64,000 bases of DNA from Klebsormidium nitens (taxonomy: Eukaryota > Plantae > Klebsormidiophyceae). Below the pieces are notes generated by a model. It was given only the letters and a program-made list of their open reading frames with translations, searched no databases and was not told the DNA's origin. Below, piece after piece: positions 37,701 through 49,700 of the stretch; within the stretch, counting starts at the first letter, position 1, and the number at the start of each line of letters is the position of its first letter. Position numbers and translations under genes: made by a program. The stretch lies in the NCBI GenBank assembly GCA_000708835.1, contig DF237267.1, positions 39,284 through 103,283 on the forward strand. Reading direction: 5' to 3'.

Positions 37701-40700
37701 TTCTGATTTGCTGGTACAGATTTGGAGCAAGAGAACATCGTCAACTATATCGAAGATAAGGTACCACGGACAGTAGAGATGCAGGGAAGAGAATATGGCA
37801 AGGATTGGGGCAGCCCTGATGCCGAAGCAGAGGTCTGGTTTGCAAGCGAGAATACCGTCACATTACAGTACTTTCAAAGAAGCGTATTGTTGCAAGGAGG
37901 TTGGTTTCCAACTTCTCTACCCTCCGATGCCCCATAAGCTGGAGAGGGGTCTCTGCTCTTTCTTGGAGACTCAGGTGAAGCTCAGTCCTTCTTCTTTCGG
38001 CGTAGTGTCCTTGATCCGCTGCGAATGGAGTTATCTTGAATCTCTAACCCTCAATCAGACTCTTAACCCATTCTAACCCGTTCTTTGCTCATTATCAACC
38101 CATTCTTAACCCATTCTTCACCCGTCTTTCTCCAGGCGCTCATCTTGGACCTTATCCACAACGTCGACGTGCTGGAACAACTCATCGACGCAAAAGCCGC
38201 TAGCCCCGACGATTGGGCTTGGCAGCGCCAGCTCCGCTTCTACCGGTCGCAAAATTCGGACGCCAAAGTTAACCGGTCCGAAACTCCGGGCGGGGCTGTG
38301 GTCCGAATGGCCGAGTCCGAGTTTGAGTACTCTTTTGAGTACCAGGGAAACGCTCCGAAGCTGGTGTACACACCGCTTTCGGACAAGTGTTACCTGACGC
38401 TAACCCAGGGTATGCACCTGGGTTACGGGGGTAACCCGTACGGTCCGGCGGGGACCGGGAAGACGGAGTCTGTGAAAGCGCTGGGGCAGTTTCTGGGGCG
38501 CCAGGTGAGAAAACACGGTCTTTTGCTTTCGAAATGATACGGTTCGCGGATCCGCAATTTGTTGAGAGCGCCCCCTTGTTTGACAAGCTGACACAATCGA
38601 GAGGGGTAGAAAGGAGGGATGCTGATCTCAACGTCCCTTTCGCACTTGTTGACAAGGGGTGCATCTTTACAGCGTAAACGGAACGTGGGTGCTTTATCAT
38701 TTGGTAAAGATTTGAGATCTATGGTCGAAGCAGGAAGGGGAACTACCTATGAAAGCCTGTCCTCGCCAGAAATATTACTCACGTACTGCCCAGATCAAGA
38801 TGCGCCTTTTGGACAGCTACATCTTCGCCAGCTTTCCCATCATCTGAAAAACGCCGTGCGTCAGCGCTTGCAGACGAGAAGCAGGCAGTTCCAAACTCTC
38901 TGTCGCTCGGCGCCCTACGCCAGGTGCTGGTGTCCTGTCCCATCCGGAGTTCGAGTTTTGGCGGAAATTACCGGTCACTTTGTGCAAGTTATTGTCCTGC
39001 TTCTGCTGAATCGCCAACCTCTTTTAGCCACGAGAGGTTTCAGACTTTTCTATTTCGTTTCTTTGCCAGGTGCTGGTGTTCAACTGCGACGAGCAGTTTG
39101 ACTTCCGCAGCATGGGCCGCATCTTCACGGGGCTCGTCAAGTGCGGCGCCTGGGGCTGCTTCGACGAGTTCAACCGGCTGGAGGAGGACGTGCTCTCGGC
39201 GGTTTCGCAGCAGATCCAAACAATTCAGGTGGGCTTACAACTTACGAACCGACTACTTTGCGACACTTCCACTCTGTTATGTTTTGACGCTTTGAATGCG
39301 GGGGAAGGTTGGTAATGCGTGTTTAACCGGCTGGAGGAAGACGCCCTCTCTGCCGTCTTGCAGCAAATCTACACGATTCAGGTGGGCTAAGTTTTTCATA
39401 GAGCGATTGATTTTGCGCATTCGCTTCTGGCGGTGTTGTCAAGTTGGATGCATGGGGGGCTGAAAAGTCACATTAGTGAGAGGAGTTTAAGCGGCCGGAA
39501 GAAGACGTGCTGTCTGCCGTCTCCTTCAGATCCAAACGATTCAGGTGGGCTGACCGTGTTATAATTGACCAGTTGAGTGGATGAGCCTGCTTCAAGATAG
39601 TGATTGCGCTGTCCAAAGTTCGCTCCCAATTACGACAGAAGAATTCGTGGTAAGTTGGGAATGGAATCGACTTCCGGGCAAGGATGATTGTTCCGAACAT
39701 ATCACTGAACGTTAGAATCGGAAGTTGTCGCTTCTACATGGTGACGGAGCCTAGCTTGGCTGTTCCCGCTTTCTTTTCACTTTCTTCCGTAACCTGAGTG
39801 GTTGGGATGAAGTTTCATTCAATGTGAATCCTCAACACTTGATCTGTTTCCCAGGCCGCTCTGAAGGAAGGAGCGAAGACCGTGGAGTTCCTGGGGCAGA
39901 GCATCAGCGTGGACCGGAACGCCGGAATCTTCGTGACGCTGAACCCCGCCGGAAAGGGCTACGGCGGACGGTCCAAGCTGCCCGACAACCTGAAGGCGCT
40001 GTTCCGTTCCGTCGCTATGACGGTTCCGGACAACGAGCTGATCGCGGAAGTAAGCCACTGCGTTTCCAGATTAAGCAGTGGTCTGTTGTAAAACATCGAA
40101 CACCGTTCAGATGCGTTGAGTTCGAGGTTTGCTGTCAAGCTTGAAAGAGCTTTTCCGACCACGGGCAACTTCATGTCGAGATCTGGAATTCAAGATACAA
40201 CTACGTCTCTATCTGCGCTCACAAAAGTAACCTCTTAAGATCCTCAAGCGCATTCCCCGTTCCAGAGACCGGCTTTCAGACAGTGCAAAATACTTCAGGA
40301 TGTTTAGTCAACCATCAGTTACAGTCTTGGTAGCATCCATCTTGTCAAACTCGAATGAAGTTTTCCCCTCTACAGGTGACTTTGACCTCGGAACGTGTTT
40401 CAGGACGCCAAATCGCTGGGCCGAAGCTAATGGCGCTCTTCTCTCTGGTTCGATCATCCATGCTTTGCAGTCTCAAAGTTGCATTTCCTTTACAGGAATC
40501 ATTTTGTGTCCTCTCACAGGTGAACCTCATATCGGAGGGATTCCAGGACGCCAAGACCCTCGGCCGCAAGTTGGTCGCTCTTTTCTCCCTGGGTCGGCAG
40601 CTCCTGTCGCGCCAACAGCACTACGATTGGGGCCTGCGCGCTCTTAAAACGGTCCTCGGAACAGCGGGTCAGCTGCTGCATCATGCCAAAGGGAAGGGGG

Positions 40701-43700
40701 ATGAGGTGAGGGGTTCATTCAAACGCCTTTTGCTTCGAGCTGTGAGATAATTGAAACTTCTGAGATTGTGAGAGTAGAAGCACACGCCCCACAATAGCCT
40801 CAGGTTTGAGGAGGTCTCTGTTTCCTCATCACGAATGAGAGGAGCTCTGTAAGGCGGCGAGTAGGAAAGTGCAGCTTGATTGACTGTTCTTCGAAGATAT
40901 CTTTGCAGATTCCCAGACTGAAGGCGTATAAATTACTGGCTCTGAAGAGCCAGCAATCCCGGTTCCCAACACTTTAGGCAGGCTCAATCGTGCACCCATA
41001 TCTGGAAGCCGAGCTGTTATCCAAACCCCTTCAAGCACGGATAGCATCCCCCAGCAGCCAAACTTCACAAACTCAAAAACCCTCTGCTGCTCATAAACTT
41101 ATTCTCCATGTTTTTTTCATAGATTCCCCCAGCCCAAGAGGCTAAGCTGATCGTCCGCTCCCTCCGCGTGACCACCCTCCCAAAGCTCGCCTTCGCCGAC
41201 ACCCGTCGCTTCGTCGATCTGGTTGCTGACGTCTTCCCAGGCGTCAGCGTGAGTGACGTCAGCGACGCGGAACTGGAGGCCGCCATCGCTGCCACGTGTC
41301 GCGAGATGAAGCTGGAGGCGGTGCGCGCGCAGGTCGAGAAGGTGCTGCAGCTCCACGTGGCGTGCAAACAGCGCATCGGTGTGATCGTCGTGGGGCCTTC
41401 CGGCACGGGGAAGGTAACGCTCCGCCCTTAGCTCACCCGAGCGTTACAAATGACTGTGACTGAAGCTGACGTGGTTTAATCTGTATGAAAGCTGCGGCTT
41501 GTCAAAGGCCAGATGAATCCTGCTTGAGCAACATATGCTCGTGCGAGCTTACATAAGGACAAACCGTATCATCCTAACAGCAAGTGAGGCAGCGAAAATC
41601 CATTGAAGATGTGGAGGCAAATTATGCAGCAAAGTTCCCGGAAACCTTGCAATCAGTTCTCCACAAGGTTATCCGCTTAGTGCGCGGGGCTTATGAAAAG
41701 TGCAAATTTCTCGATTCGTGCTCCGTCCATTTCGTTCATACCGTCCATCCGCTCAGTCCGCGGGGCGGATTTATCTGGATCCACAACTCACCGGCAGTGC
41801 AGCTGGTTGACACTTCCCGCCTGGCTCACATTAGCATCTTCCGGTTCCGAGGCAACTAACTCGCTCGTTTCTCTGCAAAAGTGGATGCTCACATTTGACA
41901 TTTTTGCACTCATGTCACAGACGACGCTTTGGCGCATACTAGAGGGCGCGCTCCGTCTGGTGAACGGAACGGCCGGAACTCCGCCGGTGAAGCTCCACGT
42001 GATGAACCCCAAGGCCATTCCCCGGCAGCAGCTGCTGGGGCACATGGACATGGACACGCGCGAGTGGTTCGACGGGGTGCTGACGTCAGCGGCGCGTCAG
42101 GTGGATTCTTGGTCGCGGGCTTTCTTGTCTTCTAACTTTCGAAGAGGGCCTTCTGACACTGATCATGCGCGTGCTCAGAGCGGCTGCGGCATTATGATTC
42201 GTCTTGTCTCCCTCTACAAGCTTTCTGCCTTGCCTTGCTTTTTAGTGGCTGGAGAGGGTGAGAAAGGGCTGGGGGAGGGTTTTGCAATTCGGTAGCCGTC
42301 TTTGTAACCAGCAAACGCGCATCTACTTAAACACGGTGGTACTTCGGATCCACACCATCGGCAAAATCAGGTCCCCGACTATTCTCAGTTGCTTTTGAAA
42401 GGCTCGAATAGAGTCGCCCAGTATGCACCTAGTTACACCAGCTTATTCAGACCGCGCCCAAGCCGCAATTTATTTTCAAAGCAGGATCCCACCAGACCTC
42501 CAACACTGATCCTACACGATGAGTTTCACCACCAGAACCGGATCCTTACCTTTCCGTTCATCAGTTGTGCGTACGCGGAGCAGCGCAGCTAGATTATGTG
42601 CAACGGGCAAAATGGACCGGGTTTCCTAAAGAGGTGTGATAACAATCATTACCTGCTTCAACAAAACTTTGCTCAATACCGTAACCACTTTCTGGCAACC
42701 TTAACCAATCTCGAACTATTTTCGCAGGTTGTCCGGGAACCTGCAGAGCAGCACAGCTGGATCGTGTGCGACGGCGACGTGGACCCAGAGTGGATCGAGT
42801 CCCTTAACTCGGTGTTAGACGATAACCACCTGCTAACCCTGCCCAGCGGAGAGCGCATACAGTTCGGCCCAAACGTCAACTTCATCTTCGAGTGCCAAGA
42901 TCTGAAGTTCGCTTCCCCCGCAACGGTTTCTCGGACGGGCATGATCTTCCTGTCCGGTGATAATCTGGACGCTGGGCTGATCGTACGGCCGTGGTTGGCT
43001 GGCCTGGTGAGTGCGCGCGCGCAACTACCTTTACTATTCCAGTTTGCTGCACTGAACATGCTCTTAAGTTCCATTTTTCTCAGACATCTTCCGCTTTTGC
43101 TGCATAATAGATGCTGTCATGCATCAGAGTCCTGCGGCTTTTTGTACCTGCCTGTGAAGCCTAGACTGTTTTGCTCTGCCTGTTCGGCAGAACGCTTGGA
43201 TTAGGATTCAGTCAGAGTTTCCTTGTCAAGCTGCGCTGGTCTTTCAGAACAACTTGCTTGCAGATTTCGAACCTTCATACCGATCTGTGATTCTCGTTCT
43301 AAGCGTCTGTACACTACATGTCGGGAACATCCTTGTATACACACTTCGACAGACCTGGAGCAGAAGGCTACTTTTCTATGTGGATGCGCGAGCCAGTGGC
43401 CTTCCTCAAGGTTTCGTTTCCTCCTTGCAGCCGGATGACGTCAGAGATGAGGTCACCCGCTTAGTCGACGACTACCTGCACCCCGCTCTACAGTGGGTTT
43501 TCACCCGCAGGGCCGCTGTCGAGACTACCCAAGTGGGGACTATTCACACGGCCCTTTCGCACCTAACTGCGGAGTCACTAACTGGAAGACACGAGTTTCT
43601 GCGGGGGTTAGCGCGGGGTTTAGGTGCTAACCTAGAACCGCAGTCGCGCGCCCAGTTACTTGAGCAGCTCGCAAACCTGTCGGGAGAGAGCGTGTCAAGC

Positions 43701-46700
43701 ATCGCCAGTGCGCCAGACCGAGCGCTTCTTGACACCGGGGAATCTCTTATCACAGGGGTTAGGGTTACACTAACCGAGCACATCCGGCAGGGGGCGGCCA
43801 CGCTAATCCCCTGGTTAGAGGCGGGTCAACCGGTGTTGTTAAGCGGGCCCGAAGGGGCGGGAAAAACCACTCTGCTAGACTTCTGCTTGGCACAGCTCAA
43901 GTCTACCGCCGTCTCTACCATTCATTGCAGCGCGCAAACCAACGCTAGCCACGTGGTTCAAAAGTTGGTTCAGATGTGCGGTAACCCGGTAACGACGGCC
44001 GCAGGCAGAGTCTTACGGCCCCGGGAAAGCGAGCGGTTAATTCTGGTGTTAAAGGACCTGAACCTGCCCAAGCCGGACAAGTATGACACCACGCAGCTGG
44101 TGCAGTTCTTGCAGCAGCTGATCACGGCCAAAGGATTTTACAACGAGGCGCTCGAGTTCATCGGGCTGGAGCGGATACAGGTGAGCTGCTTAATCGACTT
44201 TTTCAGCGGCGTTCAGGAAACTAGTTCACTATTCTATATCCATTGACACTCAGTACTGCGCTACTTTCAACCACACTTCCCTCGTACTAAGAGAAATCTA
44301 GTGCCCTGTACAACAGCGTTTATAGCCTTTGCACGGTAACGTGCCTTCTGCGTCAAGACGAGCCCACTTGTTTCCTGCGCTTGTCCACCAAAAAAACTTT
44401 CTAGTATATTGTGCATCGACTTTTCCGTGGATGCTTTCCTGGATGCTGCTGACCCAGATTCACTTCATCCGTCTCATGTGCTGTAAAGAGGAGTTGTATA
44501 AGCCCTGCATGGCTCTTGAGTATAATGTTCTCTGCTTATGCAGCTTGTTTGCTCGATAGACCCAGTCTCTTCCTCTGGTCACCACACCGTCTCCTTCCGC
44601 TTTACCTCAATCGTGCAATTCACGCATGTTTGACTTCCAAGCGTGTTTAGAAAAAGCTTACTGCAAGCTTACGTGATTCCCACTAGACAGCCTATCAGAT
44701 CCACAGATTACTTCTCCTGCAGATTGTCGCGACAATGAACCCGCTTTCTTCCGCCGGCCGCCACCCCCTCTCCTCCCGCTTTACCTCGATCGTCCGAGTC
44801 GCGTCCCTCGAAGCCCCCCCAAGAGCGCAGCTGGAGGCGGTCTACTCCGCCATGCTCGCTGACATCATCCGTGACGTGGCGCCCGGGCACCCGACCTGGG
44901 GCAGCGAGTCGACGGTCAGGAAACTGGCGGCAAGTATGCTGGAGGTGTATCAGAGCGTTCAGGAGGCGTTTTCGGTGGAACGGGAGAAGCACTACTTGTT
45001 CACGCCACGACGGTGAGTTCAGTACTTGGATTGCTTCTTTCTTGGAGTTACAATATCATTATGCGTGCGGATCACACGTTAAAATACCTTGACATACCGC
45101 TTGTTGTGGACAAGGTTGAAGATTGCTCCCTTGATCAGTGTTGCTTAAAAATGCTTGATGACGTGCAAGCATGAAGGATGTCGACTGTGATCATGAGAAA
45201 ATCACCGGATTCTGAAGAAGTTGCAATAACGCTTCCTTATCGGAAACCCTCTTCAGGCAACTTGTACTCACACACTCTGATTAAGTCGCAATTATTCTTG
45301 AGCTACAATTGCCGGTTCCGTAAGGTGACGCAGCCTGACGTCATCACCCTCTCCCGCAGCGTGACGGAGTGGGTGCAGAGCCTGCGCCGGTACGACCTCC
45401 GTTCCGAGGACGTCCCGTCCGTTCTGCTCCACGAGGCCACCAGAATCTTCAGCGATCGACTCGTGGGACCGGAACCGCGGGCGGATTTCGAGCGGATCTT
45501 GGCGGGAACCTTCAAGGCCACGTGGCGGGGGGGTGCCGAGAAGGCTGAAAGCGTGTACTCGGTATGGGGGGGTGCGGGAGACGCGCGGCAGTCTGCTCGC
45601 GTCGGCTCGGCGGTGAGTTTCAGAGTGCATACAACTTGGGGCCTATGAACGTACACTTCCATCGGTCTCTTTGGCTGCTTGGTCTTTGTTGGAGATTAAT
45701 CTTCTTTGACTCGGATTGTTCTGCGGGCAGGGAAACGAGAAAGCACCGAAATTACGTGGCATTGTACAATCACGTCTTGCGAGATGCGCTTAAATGGAGA
45801 TTGATCCTCTCCACACTTCTGGGTTTTCATAGAGGCGACAGAATAGTTGGAGAGTTCGCTAGGTTGTAAGGTTCAAAGAAGCTACATCGCGTCAGTACCA
45901 GGTATAGTGAACCACAGCTCTGTCATCTTTGAAAATCCAATCACCGTTGTTTCTCCAGGAATATCGGATTGGAGCACATGCTGCTAGGCTCCCGGGCAAG
46001 TAACCAAGAGGTCAAAGCTTCAAGAAGAAGTTTGTTTTGATCATCCCTTTGATCTCCATTAGCGATAAGGCTCGATCTGCGGCTCCCTCGCCTGCGTAGA
46101 TCCTTTCAAACGCTCAAGGTTCTGTAACCCTGAACCTTCACAACTTTCTTACAGCTCTCTCGCATGCCAGCCGGCGACTATCACAAGCTGGTTCAAGACA
46201 AGCTGGCCGCCTTCGAGAGAGAATTCCAGACTCTCAACATTTTCCTCTTCCCCGAGACGCTAGAGCGGATTGCGGCCATGGAGCGCATTCTCACCCGTCC
46301 GGGGGGCAGCCTGCTTCTTCTGGGCAGGAGCGGCGTCGGCCGTCGAAGCTGCACCAGGCTGGTGAGAGCTTCATAGGCTTCGACAATTAAATAACACATT
46401 TGGACCGATTAGATGCTGAATTGTCTGCTGCACAAGGCATGGGAAAAGGGAGTCTACTTCTTGTTAGCGACGCTTCCCTTTTTCCCTCTGATTCGTCCAG
46501 TGACAGCCTTCTTGGAAAGGGTTTGGCTTACGGAGCTATGGTTGGCGGTCACTCAACATATTTCTAGGCTGTTGCGTCTACGAAAGACTGGCAGCTATTT
46601 TTCGCAGACCAATGAGATCTTGGTCCTTCAATCCCCGCAACAAAACAAAAGAAGTCAATGCTACTTTCGATGATCTTCTTGCGTCTTGATATATCGCTTT

Positions 46701-49700
46701 TTGTCATTTGGCAGGTAGATTACATGCATCGCATGGAACTTGTCTGCCCTCCTCTCGCGCTCATACGATCTCAAAGTGTAAAGCCGAGCTTAAGCCCAAA
46801 ACTTTTATTGGAAGCCCGACCAACAGTGCTTTACTACTGCCAGGTGGCATACATGCACCACATGGACCTCGTCTCCCCCTCCCTCTCGCGCTCATACGAC
46901 CTCAAAGCTTTCAAAGCCGAGCTCAAGACGCTTCTAGCCGCCGCCGGAGTCGAGGGCAAGAAGACGTGCCTGCTTTTGGAAGACCAACACCTGGCGCAGC
47001 CCGCTTTTTTGGAGGTGGTCAATAGCGTATTGAGCGGGGGAGAGGTGCCGGGGCTATATACCAACGAAGAGCTGCAGGTGGGTGCTGGGTTCGCCAAGTC
47101 GTCCCTGTATGCGGCCACTGGCATAGCTTATAATACTTGCAGAATTGAGCTTCCTTTGTATATCACTTCTGGATCATCATTAAATCTGTTGAATCAACTT
47201 GACAGCTGCACCTTGAATCTAGAAGCTCACTTCCTCCAAATATACATTCTTCAAACAGGTGGATTCGGATCTGGAAGGGAGGCGGACCAGCGAATGTTGC
47301 TCCAGAACAAATACATCCCCAAGATGACGTTCTCTTTAACCCGAAGATTCCCAAAAATAACCTCACCTCATACTACCTCAGGAGCTCAGAATACCTCATA
47401 AAGACGTCATAATTCAGAAGTTTGACACCTCGAGTGACTTCAATATGTCGCAAAAATGTCATTAAGATTTCAAAAGGCTTTTGTTCTTCTTCCTTTGCAG
47501 TCTCTCCTACTGCCGCTGCAAGAGCTGATGGCCAGCGACGGCTTCCAGCACAAGAGCGCGTTCTCCTTCTTCGTCGCGCGCGTGCGCCAAAACCTCCACG
47601 TGGTGCTCTCCATGGACCCCTCCAACCCTGACTTCGACGCGCGCTGCGCGAGCAACCCCGCGCTCTTTGCCAGCTGCGCGGTCATGTGGCTGGACACGTG
47701 GACGCACGAGCGTATGCGGGTAAGCAGGCATAGCTTATCTTGTTTCTCAAGGATTGGAACGTTGTGCGCGAGAAACCCCGCGCTCTTTGCCAGCTGCGCG
47801 CTCATGTGGCACAACACGTGGACAAGGAGCGTATGCAGGTAAGGGAACTGCCGCTTATAAGATTTTGAGAAGAAAGAAACCTTCGTCGCGAGAAACCCCT
47901 CACCTTTGCCAGCTGCGCTATTATGGTGCTTGACACTTGGACACGCGAGACAGTGCAGGTTGGCGCGTAACCCGTATCTAGTTAGGTACGTTTCCGAAGA
48001 TCCAACGTGCTCCGAAAATGCGCGAGCCGGTGCACAAGAATGCAAGCTGTTCGGAGATGTCGGTCGGTTCAGAGAACCTGAGAGAAGCCGTCCCAGTGAG
48101 CTGGGTTTTCGCACAAACACTTTACAATAATCTATGCAAGAAGCATGTACGGTCTTTTCACCTGTTACTGGATTAGGAGCTTGCAAGGACGCAGACAAAT
48201 CGCTTCCCGTCTCCTGCAATGAGACTGTCCAAGTTGGCCAAGGAGATCAGCTCTGACTCGCGTACTTCTTCATTTGCAGGACGTTTCGAAGGCGATCCTG
48301 TCCGCAGAGCTGTCCGCAGCCACGCAAGAAGCGGACGGCATCGACGGTCAGATCGTGTCGCTCATGGCGGCCATTCACACCAGCCTGGACAGCGAAGGCG
48401 CGGCCGCGACACCACGGCAGTACGCCGGGTTTTTGGAGGCTTATCAGAAGCTCTTCGGGGCGAAAAGGGCTGAGGTCCTGGAGCAAAAGGGGCATCTGCA
48501 GGTGAGTCTTTCGTTTGCGCCTCTTGTTACGCTCCTCAAGATGTGGAAAGACTTTGAGATCAATTTTGTACCGTTTTTTCAATCGCAGGTGACGACGCCT
48601 CTAATTGACAGGATACAGTTCTTGGCAATCAATTTTCAAATTCTGACGGGTAAACTCGTATCGGAGATTGGTTAGAAAAGCTGAAACAGCAAGCACAGGG
48701 AAGAGAATCCATGCAGACGCCTCAGATGGCTCCTCAATTTCTCCCGGTTCTCTTATTATGCTCAACCTGCCTTTGAAGAAACCCAGCTTTCAAAATCTAT
48801 AACCCTTTGTGCAGGCTGGGCTTGACAAGCTGGCAGAAGCGGCGGGCAAAGTTGGCGAGCTCTCCCAACAGGCTGCGGAACAACAGGTTCTGCTAACCCA
48901 GAAACAGACCGAGGCGGAGGCCGCGCTAATCCAGATCACGGACAGCATGGCACGTGCCGGGGACAGCAAGGCCGAGATCGAACGGCTGAGAGTGAAGCTC
49001 GCGGGCGAGGAGCAGATATTGAACGGCCGAAAAGCGGGGATCCAATCGGAGCTGAGCGAGATCCAGCCGTTGATCGACGCCGCGAAAAAGGCGGTCGGCC
49101 AGATTAAGAACGACAACCTGAACGAGATACGCTCGCTCAAAATGCCGCCGGACGCCATACGCGATGTGCTGGAGGGCGTGCTGCTGCTGATGGGCAACTA
49201 TGATACGAGCTGGACGAATATGAAGAAGTTCCTGGGGAGCAAGTCGGTGAAGGACGAGATCGTGAACTACGACGCGAGGAAAGTGACGCCCGACATGCGC
49301 GCCGCGGTGCAGAAATTACTACAAGCTAAGGGGGCGTCGTTCGAGCATGAGCGGGTGAGGCTGCTTTTTAACCTTTTCTTTAGTGCTTCATATGGTGACG
49401 TATTCTTGCGCCTCAACGCGAGCTGATAGAGAGCAGCGATTTGCTAGTCTATCGAATCCAAATCCGCTTTAAAACAGGTCGAAAAGGAAAGTTGTTATGT
49501 CTCCGTCGCACATCAACTGTGAAATCGCCTCCGCTGGGAAATGAAGTTGCTGACGTGGCTATGAGCCACAAGAATGCTGTGGTTGCAGTTTACCCTTTAT
49601 GGAAAAGAAAAGGGAAAGTGTAAGATTGTTTTCCTCCGGCGGCGCATTTCAGGATGTATTGCGAGGGTGCTGTGCATGTCATTTGGCGAGCGTCGCTGAC

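Noticed and set aside
38572-38659. Imperfect inverted repeat ccccttgtttgacaag ... cttgttgacaagggg, MITE-like
   Set aside because: Short, imperfect, no clear target-site duplication and no second copy in the window.
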